A DNA stretch of 61,735 nucleotides, the filler included, from Stramenopiles sp. TOSAG23-6 (Eukaryota): NCBI GenBank assembly GCA_900128565.1. It is 17 parts of 17 records of this genome, joined end to end, with 100 filler letters (N's around TTAATTAATTAA, not from the genome) between each part and the next. Parts side by side here need not be neighbours in the genome. Positions count along the whole stretch, not along the records: positions 1 to 3,563 come from LT637454.1; positions 3,664 to 7,225 come from LT637455.1; positions 7,326 to 10,884 come from LT637456.1; positions 10,985 to 14,543 come from LT637457.1; 13 more parts are not named here. The stretch is one strand, 5' to 3'. Shown here in pieces: positions 1 through 11,021 of this stretch. Each line of letters opens with the position of its first letter. Positions within the stretch are counted from its first letter, which is position 1. The translations under genes were made by a program, and so were the position numbers. The notes beneath the pieces were generated by a model, which did not search any database, was not told the DNA's origin, and worked only from the letters and a program-made list of their open reading frames with translations.

Positions 1-138
1 AAGTTTCAGAGCGATTCATGGACAAATGAAAAAGTTGGAGTGATATGGTTACAGTAATTTCTGCCATTCTTTTTTCAAGTCAATTCAATTCATACATTTA
101 TTATACTAGAAAGCACATTTATTATACTAGAACGCTAA

Positions 139-3100
139 CTATACATATTCATACACACTGAGATACTTTTTCTTTAAATAAACGAGCTTGGCTTTCAATT
201 TGTTAACAAATCTTCCCGTTGGATTAAGAGCAGTATCCGTCATATCTCCCTGAAATGTTGGAAATTCTATATGTTGATCGTGATTGTTTTGTAGTATAGG
301 TGGCTTAAACTTGTCCTTTCTTGCTGTCTTATATCCTCCAATTCCCTGAGATTTTTCTACATTATTATCAAGTAAAAGTACTGCATCATACTGTGGTAAC
401 TCAATTCGATGGAATAAAGCAACTGGCTTTATCACAATAACTTTTTTAGTTCCGGGGAAAAATCTATTTCTTCCTTTCTTTGCAAATTGTTGATGACTAT
501 AAAAAGCGTACTTTACTATTTTGTTCTTCCCTACACTACCTAATCCATACGGTTTAAGATAACCAAGAAGAATATTCAGTTGTGTCTGTCCTTTAGAACC
601 GCACCACAAGCCAAGATCTAACCAATCTTTGAATTCAACACCTGTTATAAAATTTATGAACTCTTTTAAGTATGGACGGAACACAGGTTTGGCACGCGGC
701 TTGCCTTCGACCCATTTACGGTATAATAGCAGCTCGTTTATGTCTAGAAAAAGAAGGATTTTCCCAATTTTTGTTACTCTAGCGTCTCCTACATTATTTA
801 TACGCTCACGTTCTGACCATTCTAAATGTATACCAGGAATCTCGTATTTCTCCGAATGCTCTATCATACTTTTACTCGTATTTTTTGTTTTCCCGAATTC
901 TTTTGATAAACTCAGTCGTGTACTTCCATTATGGTTAAGACGCGTGTTTTTACCCAAAAATCCCCCTTCCTTTATATTTTTTGAATGTTGAACTCGTTGC
1001 GCAGCTGACTGCATTCTATTGGCCTTCTCAAGACGCTTGCGTAACCGTTCCTTCTGAGTCTGTCGTCGCCATACTTCGTTCATACGATTTTCTACTTTTT
1101 TTTTTTCTACTTTCCGTACTCTTGGTAAAACAGGTAAGCCTGCTTCTTTTATGCATTCAAGCCTCCATGAGTATTCATCTCCAAAAAAATGGTACATTGC
1201 AGTAGCATTGCTTCTCATTGCTCCCATAGCTGCAATTCCATTCCAGTGTGGTTCTGAAATCTTCCGTCTCTTTGTACCTCTAGTGTGAGTAAATGCAAAT
1301 CCTACTTCACTCACGTTTGTAGTTACTCTCCCATGTTCTCTATCAATCAAACTATCAGCTTTTTCAACACGCTTGTCGCAAATTGTTTTTATGAGCTTTC
1401 TGTGCGCGTCACACGAAACTATCAGCCGTTTTTCAGTTTTAGTAACACCATCTTCATGATGTTGGCATGACGTAACCTCTCCATCAATCACAGCAGAGTG
1501 AACATCATTTAAACAATGAAAAAGCATTTGTACATACCTAGCATACCAACAAGGATCTCTACGTGCGCCTGCTTCTTTTTGTAGCTTGAAGTTTGCTGCT
1601 TTTGACCATTTCATATGGTCACTACTCCTGATGCAACCACAAAAGTTAATCACACGTGCGGGAATTGTACGTTTGTACTTCAATCCCCTTTCTTTTCCAC
1701 TATCCTTTTTAATATTCTTTGGCAGGGTAAAGTCTACCAGTCCATGCTCTTTTGTTTCTAATTGTATTGTTTGGTCTGGACACCACGAATCCTCAACTTT
1801 AACCGTATGTGTGAATATTTTTTTTTTTGCTGGTACATTTCTCGTTGTCCACGTATGCGATTTGTTCTTACATCCGCAGCCTTTCGGCTTCTTGGCTGCA
1901 GCCGTCTCAATTGCTTTTCCAAAACATTTGTTGTCATGGGCGCAACATGCTCTCAAGAGTGCCCATGGGAAAAGAATTTTCAGAATTATGTCAACAGCTG
2001 TATCACCATCACTTATAGACGTCAAGGACTCTTTACCGTAACCCAATGCTTGTAATTCAAGAAATACAAATGTACAAAGAAGTGATTCAAAACTTGCACT
2101 TGTTCCCAAGGATGGATTTTCTTTACTATTCCTTGACATAGTTTTATAGGCCATGATAGCCCCATATAGTCGCGGTTCTCGAACTTGGAATTGTGCATGA
2201 GGGGCATTACTACCTGGTGTATTCCAGGCACAATCTGCAGACGTCAGTGCATTTTCAAAATAACCCTTCAGTTTCGCTTGCCTGTGTGCTTCGTTTACTT
2301 CTCTATCTAATACCCGTATCGTGATTTTGGCAAATTCATCTATTACACTATTAAAAATAGGTTTACTATAAGGGTCTGCACCAAGTAAATCGAAAAAATC
2401 TTTATATTCAGAATAAAAGCCGCGTCCTCCTCCAAGAAACATTGTGAATATTATAGTCCTTCCTAAGTTCCATCGTCTTACATTATTGATTGAGTCATCT
2501 GGTATTGAGTCACCAGATACATTACCACCTAAAGAGCATTCTTCTCCACAGCCATCACACTTGAATTTTACAAATAGCTCGCACCCACGGCCTTTCAATG
2601 GTATTGGAACTATTTGATATTTCCCTCCACAACGTTTACCGTTAACAATTTTGTCATGAGAGGTATCCATACATTTAAAAAGGTCTGCTATGTGTGCTTC
2701 AGAAGTTATCCCATATCTTTTGATTTGTGATTTCCTGTTGGCCTCGGCCTTTTGTTTTAGTACATGAATTCGAAGGCTAGCATGTTTTCTAACTTGTGGG
2801 TATTTCTTTTCAAGAGCAATAACAGGTGCACCTTGGTCTAGTTGAATTGGAATTTCAGGGTTAAGTCCTGCTCCATCTTTATTGGCTCTTCTTTTCAGTC
2901 TAGCACTTAGCCATGGCTTATATACTCTAGATGTTTTGGGGCTTATAAACTTTCCATCAGGTCGACTTTTCCAACCAGCAGCTTCTAATCTTCTTTCAGA
3001 TTGTTCGGGAAGAGTTGATACAAACTTTCGTTTGCTTGTGTTGTTCGTCGTTGACGACGACGTTGACCGGTCCGTTGACCGGTCCGTTGACCGTGTAACT

Positions 3101-3537
3101 CGTTGAGCCTCTCCAACTTCTCTTCCAACTGCAATTGGTCTTGAAGCTGAACCAAGTAGCCCACTACCTCTTTTCGTCGCCATTGCACATGGGGTGTATG
3201 AACTGTGAGCCATTGGCATCAATTTCTCTGGTTGTTCCAGAATATTTTTCATGGTGCCAGAAAGACCTGTCTGTGATGACGCATGGTCATCTTTGTTCTT
3301 TTTTGCATCACTTCGAATGGGAAATACACGCTTTTTTTTTTTCTTTCGATCATTCATCATCTTAGCCCATGCTTTCCTTTTCTTGGGACCCATTCCTCCC
3401 ATTCCTCCCATGCTAAAAATGGGGGAAATGTGAATTAGTGCGGCAATATTTGATATAGTACACCAAAGAAGATAAAAAACATAACAATTCTCGCGCGTAA
3501 TTTTTCTTTTAAAAAATCGCGCGAAAAGGCAAAACAC
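139..3537 (-). mobile_element. Mutator-like DDE transposase ORF with a C-terminal FCP1/NIF-like HAD phosphatase domain
   Basis: Intronless 1132-aa ORF (true start probably the ATG near 3411). A Cys cluster (KCDGCG) is followed by SADCAWNTPG, SASFES, SISDGDT, CCAHDNK and TTNVSE, matching the DGxW..G / S..ME / GDGDS / CxxH / NxxE series of Mutator-like transposases. The C-terminus has LLFLDINELL..FRPYLKEF..LLLDN, typical of the NIF/FCP1 family. Confidence 0.7.
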
Positions 3538-3562
3538 GAAAAAACGGTTTACTTACCTCTTA

Positions 3563-3663
3563 ANNNNNNNNNNNNNNNNNNNNNNNNNNNNNNNNNNNNN
3601 NNNNNNNTTAATTAATTAANNNNNNNNNNNNNNNNNNNNNNNNNNNNNNNNNNNNNNNNNNNN
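3563..3663. other. Artificial contig linker (N-TTAATTAATTAA-N); the same linker recurs at about 7226, 10885, 14544, 18201, 21850, 25497, 29142, 32779, 36415, 40046, 43676, 47298, 50914, 54528 and 58136
   Basis: Identical 100-nt spacers carrying stops in all six frames, about every 3.6 kb; gene content is unrelated across them. Confidence 0.97.
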
Positions 3664-3746
3664 GGAAAAATATTTGAAAAAAAAATCGTTAGGTACAAAA
3701 TTTCGTATGAAAAAAAAAATTAGAAATTTAAAAAAAATAAAACTTA

Positions 3747-5238
3747 CATTGCTCTTCCTTCCTGCGTTAAAGTCAAATGCTGAGGACCTTACAGAATCTG
3801 CCATATACTCTGATTTAGAAAGAAACATTGTGATGAGATCGCAGTATATATTTTGGAAAAATATTATTTTTAGTAAAAATTTGTTAGGTACAAAATTTGG
3901 TACAAAAAAAAAATCGAAATTCAATTTTGAAAATTTTGGAAAAATATTATTTTTAGTAAAAATTTGTTAGGTACAAAATTTTCATAGTAAAAAAAATCGA
4001 AATTCAATTTTGAAAACGTACATCTAGACTCTCCAAATATATTTGATCCCATACCCCACAGACTTAATGCAGCACGATGTTCTAATGCTTCTCTCCATAA
4101 CTTTCTTACTGTACCTAGTTTGACTTTCGCTTTCGGATTTCCGTTTCCAAAGCACATCAATCCAGCCATTTGAATTTTACAAATTCCTTGAAAAAAACGA
4201 TCACCCAATTTATTCGCTTTCTGTGTAGCTTTCATATGTATTTTGGAAAAATATTTCAAAAAAAAAAACTAAAATTTGTTAGGTACAANNNNNNNNNNNN
4301 NNNNNNNNNNNNNNNNNNNNNNNNNNNNNNNNNNNNNNNNNNNNNNNNNNNNNNNNNNNNNNNNNNNNNNNNNNNNNNNNNNNNNNNNNNNNNNNNNNNN
4401 NNNNNNNNNNNNNNNNNNNNNNNNNNNNNNNNNNNNNNNNNNNNNNNNNNNNNNNNNNNNNNNNNNNNNNNNNNNNNNNNNNNNNNNNNNNNNNNNNNNN
4501 NNNNNNNNNNNNNNNNNNNNNNNNNNNNNNNNNNNNNNNNTACAAAATTTCGTATGAAAAAAATATTAAATTAGAAATTCATATAAACATACATAGATAA
4601 GACCTAGATGGATATTGGCTCCCTAATTTGGATAGATCTTGACGCCATAGTTTTCGAGTAGCCTTCAAACCAACTACAGCTACTGCATATTTAAGATCAT
4701 TTAGATCCATTCCTGCAAATGTTTTCGGATCTTCTATCATTTCATTATTCCAATTATCAGATTGTTCTTGATTATTCAAGTATACAGATAAACCCTCAAA
4801 CACTTGACGCATATCATTGCTTGTTTTTAAAACGTCCGTTAGGTTATTGCAATAGTATATCTTCACACTAGCTGCGGCAGCGTGAATAATACATTCATGC
4901 GGATTTAGCTCTTGTAGGGTAGAACCTTTCTTAGTCGCCATAATTTCAGCAGTGTCGTAAACACGTGGAATTACCATAAGAAGGTCACTTTGTAAAGCCA
5001 ATCGCTGATCACTTTTGCCTACCGCATCAAGATATAAAGCACAAGCACGGACCATACTATCGTCAGAAGCCAAGTCATCGACATAGCCCATGCGCATATA
5101 GTCAGGAAACTTTGACAAAAGACTGGTTGCTTTCTCTAAATTCTGGTATAAGGTGGTAAACAACTTTTCCGTAGGCCCAATATCAGACTTGGAGAGCGTT
5201 GCTAGTAGCTTCTCCGCATTACTTATCGACATTTTCAC
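3747..5238 (-). CDS. Multi-exon hypothetical protein (partial, interrupted by an N gap)
   Basis: ORF 4579-5238 plus exons at about 4022-4234 and 3747-3845, separated by family introns (TACAT|MKATQ; AGA T|GTACG...TATAT|AC). No family recognised. Confidence 0.5.
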
Positions 5239-5619
5239 TCACTTGATTGTTTATAATTTGCACAACCTTACCTTCCTGGTGTTTATTAAATTAGCTAGAT
5301 CTTTGAATGATCGGGGTGTTGGTTTATAAAATTCATTCAACTGGTGCCAGCATTCATTCAACTGTTGAACATCAACGTCGGGTACACGTCGGGTCAGATT
5401 TTTTTTTCACTCAGGGGCTCACTTCATTTTTCGTTTTGCCACACGAAATCATGAGAGTTTGTTGGCCAATTAATTTTTTGAAACATTGAATTGAATTTAA
5501 TTCAATACCTTCAAAAATTGACTAAACAATTTTTAAAGTATTTCAAAATGTGCTTGACACCAGTGAAGATCATCATGATTTAAAGCAATTATAATCAAGT
5601 TTTGATTGAATCAGAGACT

Positions 5620-7164
5620 ATGGAGAGCACGTCTTTGTTACCAAATAAGCGACCAAAGGAAGAAAGTCCTTCAGGGGTGCCTGAAATGCTCAGACGTGTT
5701 TCTGTCCATCGACTCCGTACCCAGCCGAGTGCACCGGAACACCAACACTCTAGAGAAGCTCGGCATCGTTCTAGAATCGTGCCACTTTCACCATCGACTC
5801 CATCTTCCGCAACTATCGACTTTCAAAAATGGAGTGTTAATGCAACAAAGGCAAAGATTATGGTATTACCAGCTGAAGTTCGTTTCAACCTTCGTTGTAT
5901 TGTCTTTGAGATGGACGAGTTAGCACTTGACCAATCAGCGTACTTTTCAGAAGAGATAAAGTGGCAGCAACGCCGCGATCTTGTAGTAGAATTACTATCA
6001 TCTGCATTAAATGATCACGATATGGAGCTCGATGCTGCTGTAAGTCGTGTTGTAGCACCAGTGTCATCAAGACGGTGGAAAGTATTCCGACAACGAACTC
6101 TTGATTCAAAGGTCTATAAGGCGTTTTTACAAATTGTGAGTGTACTATATTGTTTGTTATCATTTTATGAGGAGCCTTATTCTGGGAAATGGAGTCATAC
6201 AGAGATGAAGAATGCAGCTTGGACAGAATATACAGAGTATTTCATTCTTTGTATCTTTTTATTTCATGTACGTTTTCATCATTAGGGTTACTAGGGTTTA
6301 AAAAAAAAACATTTTGTAGTACATTTTGTACCTAACAAAAAATTAAATTTTCGAAATATTTTTTCACTGTACAGATCTTACTTGCCAAATCATACCAATA
6401 TAGTAAATGGGGAATTCTATTTTTGGTTTTATGGCTATTGTACGTGAGCGATGTGATCATGTATACAGTACATTCTTTAGGTTTGACTACATTTGATAAG
6501 AAACATGTACGTTTTCAAAATTGAATGTAAAATTTGTTTTATACGAAAATGTATACCTAACAAAAAAAAATTTCAAAAAAAAAAATATTTTTTCGCAATG
6601 TATATTTTTTCTTGGTGTAGATTATCAAGACCATTGCGCCCATTGTCTGTAGCGGCTTTATCACATACATATCGTAATTTATCTGGTTCTCTATTCCAAG
6701 TTTTACCTCATATAATGCCTGCAAATGTCATGATATGGATCATTATGCTTGCTTATGTACGTTTTCATTTTAATTTCAATTTTTTTTTTTTTGAAAATTT
6801 TGTACCTAACAATTTTTAGGTTTTTTTTTGAATATTTTTATATAATTCATGCTGTTTGGGGATTTCAAGCATTTTCTGATGATTTGACGTCGCAGTTATA
6901 TCAACTTGGAGGACCTGGTTTAGAAAATTTTAATACTGTGAGTCAATCATTTCTTGCAACATTTGTATTAATGAGTGAAGAGAACTATCCATATGTCATG
7001 TATCCAGCACAAATGGTAAAACCTGTCCATGCAGTATTTTATTTCACTTCATTTATAATATTGATGTTATTTCTAATGATACCATTATTATTAGCTATGA
7101 CATACTCTCAATATAAGAAGAATATGAAAAAACAGTATAAAGCAGAAATCATTCGTAAACACAT
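5620..7164 (+). CDS. Two-pore calcium channel (TPC family), 5' part, 4 exons
   Basis: LLSFYEEP, RLSRPLRPL (S4) and FLATFVLMSEENYPYVMYPA (pore) motifs. Introns 6268-6374 (GT-AG), 6507-6603 (GT-AT) and 6757-6850 (GT-AT) join the exons in frame. Confidence 0.8.
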
Positions 7165-7773
7165 GTATGATTTATTTTTTTTTTTAACAAAAAAATCGAA
7201 TTTATTTTTCGTACGAAATTTTGTANNNNNNNNNNNNNNNNNNNNNNNNNNNNNNNNNNNNNNNNNNNNTTAATTAATTAANNNNNNNNNNNNNNNNNNN
7301 NNNNNNNNNNNNNNNNNNNNNNNNNCTTTGATTACTTATAATAACACTTGTATTATATTTAAATACTCCTTACGTTTCTTTTAGATTAAGTCTCCACAAA
7401 ACGAATCTAATAGTTGTTGCGATTTTGGATTTGATTGTGAAGAACGGCACAGCAGCACTCTCTTCGGCAATAATACACAAAAAATCTCCATTCAAAGATC
7501 CGTTAGCCATTTTACGTACAAAATTTTGGTAGAGATTGATCATGGAGGTCGACAGTTTCAAGAGACAGGATCGACAACTTTTTGTTCACGTATATACGCA
7601 AACCTGCTTAGAAATCAAATCGAAAAAAAAAAAATAAAATATTATGTTTTTTGCAACACTCTTCCTTAATTTTTTAGCTACTATTAATTAGTGTCTTGCA
7701 TTACGATGTCATAGCAAGGTTTTCCCATTCACGGTAATTGCACAGCAACTGATTCTTTCGAGTCTTACTATTC

Positions 7774-8726
7774 ATGGAAATGTTATCTTCAGCGCAAGAT
7801 AATGGTGGGGTAGAGCCTCATTTAAAGTCTCATTCTGAAAAGTATGAGATATTTATTAGTAATCCAGACTTTAAATTCAATGCAGCGCACTTTATAGCTT
7901 ACAAAGGATATCGAGAACGTCTACATGGCCACAATTATCGTGTATCTGTTCGAGTTAAAGGGCGACTTGGTTCAGATGGATATGTTGTTGACTTTGGGGA
8001 TATTAAAAAGTCAACGAGACGAATCTGTAAAAGTTTAAACGAGGTATTTATTTGTCCTACTTTAAGTGATTGTTTGAATATAACTCATGTGAATAGTGTA
8101 GACGGTAAAGCTGGAAATATTGATATAGAATGTGAAGATGGTGCGCGATTTAGTTTCCCATTTGGTGATTGTGCCATGCTACCTATTGCCCATACTTCAT
8201 GCGAAGAGCTAGCGAAATATGTGTGTTTTCAGGATCAATTTTAAATTTATTTATTTTTCGTACGAAATTTTGTACCTAACAAAAAAAACAAAAAAAAAGA
8301 AAATATTTTCCCAAAATACATGTGTGTAATGTCATACTTGAAGATATGAAAATTTCCGAGTTACAATCCCGTGGAGTTTCTTCTTTCGAAGTCGGTGTCG
8401 CAGAGCGTAAGAATCAAATGGCACTATACGCTGTTGATATATTACCAAAAGTGTCTCAAAATAATTTGGTTCCACCTAATCTCAAAATGTCTGATTTGAA
8501 TCTGTCTGATAGAGAATCCAATCTCAAAATGTCTGTTTTGAATCAAGTTAGTCCTGGAATGATTACTACTATTTGTGATGAAAGTGATGATAAAAATATT
8601 GATGATGATAAAAATATTGATGATGATAAAAATATTGATGATGATAAAAATATTTATGATGATAAAAATATTGTTGTAAGCGATGGTAATGAATCAAACG
8701 ATACAAGTAGTAGCAGTGAAATATAG
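7774..8726 (+). CDS. 6-pyruvoyl-tetrahydropterin synthase (PTPS/QueD family), 2 exons
   Basis: FNAAHF, ERLHGHNY, GYVVDFGDIK and SCEELAKY motifs. Intron 8221-8321 (GT...CAT) joins ELAKY-VCNVIL. The tail has DDDKNI repeats. Confidence 0.85.
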
Positions 8727-8935
8727 TTCAGACTTATTTTATTCCTATGTCAAGTAGTAAAACGATTTAAAAATAAGTTTCATTTATTGTTTTGATGCAT
8801 CTTTAGCATATCTCAGGATTTTAATTTTTTTTTTATAGTAAATTTTGTACCTAAACAAATTTTTGATTTTTTTTTATCTCAGGATTTCAGGTAAAAATAA
8901 ATTGTTAGTTACATAATTTGGAACATGAAAAACAT

Positions 8936-10625
8936 CTATACCCATTCTTTTGGTTTACCTTGAAGTAAATCCAATGTTTTTTTTTCTGGACTATCCAACT
9001 CAGGAATATTTTTATACTCATAACGGACAGTAAGTGGAAGTGACATTAATACTGCTTCAATATCAACACCAGGTACATGTATTTTGAAAAAATATTTCAA
9101 AAAAAAATTTGAAAAAATTGTTAGGTACAAAATTTCGTACGAAAAAAAANAAAAAAATTCGNAANTNAAAAAAAAATAAAACATACAGCATATCCAAATT
9201 TCGTACCTCGATCATATACCAAGTTAAATTCAACATACCGACCATGCCTTAATGCTTGCCATTCTTTTTCTTTAGTAGTGTATGGCATATTCATTCGTTT
9301 TAATAAAATAGGCCAATAACAAGGAACAAAAGCTTTTACACAATCTTGTACAAACGATAAAGATGATGATTGTAGAGTTTGTTCATTTGGTGTAAGTAGT
9401 GTGAAACGATATTTTAAATTCGAAATTCGTTAGGTACAAAATTTCGTACGAAAAAAAAATAAATTTGAAATTCATGATGGAAACGTACAATTCTACTAGA
9501 ATCATCTCGATGTGAAAGAAACGAAAGTGCACTATTTACTTTTTCATTATTTGTATTATTATTTACTTTTTCATTATTTGTATTATTATTTGTTGTAACT
9601 GTATTCGTTTGTGATTTATATTGGTGAATATTCGTGAAATCGTCAAAAAATATTCCTCCAATGCCTCTCGCTTCTGCTCTTGCTTTGTTATAAAAATGTA
9701 TTTTGGAAAAATATTTCAAAAAAAATTCAAAAAAAATTGTTAGGTACAAAATTTTGTAAGAAAAAAAAAAAAAATTAAAACATACATATGTATCACAATC
9801 AGTTTTCATTATTGAGTATCGACTTTTAGTACTATTGTCATTTTTATCATGTTTATCACAGACATTTTTTAACGTTTTATGAAAATGTTTTGCATCGTCT
9901 TCAAATAAATAAATCGGAGTTAAATCAGTTCCTCCTCCAAACCACCAAGAAACAACTTCATCATCATCATCTGTTATTTCAAAATATCTATAATTAAAAT
10001 GTACAGTGGGTGCCATTGGATTGACTGGATGTAATATCCCACTTAACCCACACACCCACATTTGTAAATTAGGGTCACTTTCATGGCTAGGTTGTGTATT
10101 ACAAGTTTGCTCTTTCTTTTCTACCTTTTTATCCATTTTTCGCTTTTGAAGTTTTTCGCGCAACTGAGGATGATTTGCAGACATTTGTCGAATAATTGCT
10201 GGTGTAAGTGAGCGTGTCATGACTGTGAGACCAACTCCAGCTTTTTCAAAAACTCGACCATCTTGTAAAACTGCAGTTAACTTGAGAGCTCGTTTAGACG
10301 ATTTATCACGGCGCCATGTTACAATTTTCGTATCATCTGGAGCAGCAATAGACGCAGCTTTATCTTCTAATGAAGCAACACGATTGCATATATCGTGCTG
10401 TACCTGTACTAGTGTATTAATCATGGCTCTACGTGTGCTATTATTTCGAGATAAGTCGTTGCCTCCAAGAAAGTCTGACAATGTTGACGTATCGTCAGGG
10501 AGTGCAGGCGCACTACAACTACAATTGTCTGAATATTGACTTGTTGCATATATAGAGACGCCAGCAATAGCTGACGATGCAAATAACATACATCTTGAAG
10601 TCATCGCTGGTGTATTGTGTTTCAC
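8936..10625 (-). CDS. CPOX: Oxygen-dependent coproporphyrinogen III oxidase, 4 exons
   Basis: [61 protein letters not shown] and LMSLP motifs. Introns at 9696-9785, 9394-9488 and 9077-9186. Confidence 0.93.
9696..9785 (-). other. Representative family intron, GTATG...TACAT (GT-AT), 90 nt
   Basis: Removing exactly these 30 codons (VCF...KIH) restores the conserved HemF motif CDTY-FYNKAR.EARGIGG. No AG gives this junction. Confidence 0.8.
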
Positions 10626-11021
10626 TTTTTGGTGGTTGTAGAATAGTAGATATCGAAAGTTATATCATATAATATGTTTCTTTTGGCTAAGAGCGAAGCG
10701 TCCAGAAGTACTAGGGACTTTCCACTAGAGATTTTTTTTTTCTTTGTAGCCCTAACCCTAGGCTTGTCGTTTTGTGGTACCCGGTTCCATCGGTTCGCTC
10801 GCAATATTTGAATTTGCAAAAAGGTGAACAGTGAGCAGTGAGCGAAATAGTGAACATTGAGCGAAAAATGGATAAAAAGGTAGANNNNNNNNNNNNNNNN
10901 NNNNNNNNNNNNNNNNNNNNNNNNNNNNTTAATTAATTAANNNNNNNNNNNNNNNNNNNNNNNNNNNNNNNNNNNNNNNNNNNNAAAAAAAAGATGTTTG
11001 TTTTTCCTTTTGCATTTATCT

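Noticed and set aside
10680-10692. CTTTTGGCTAAGA matching the 5' part of U2 snRNA
   Set aside because: The following branch-pairing GTAGTA region and the rest of U2 are absent; likely chance.
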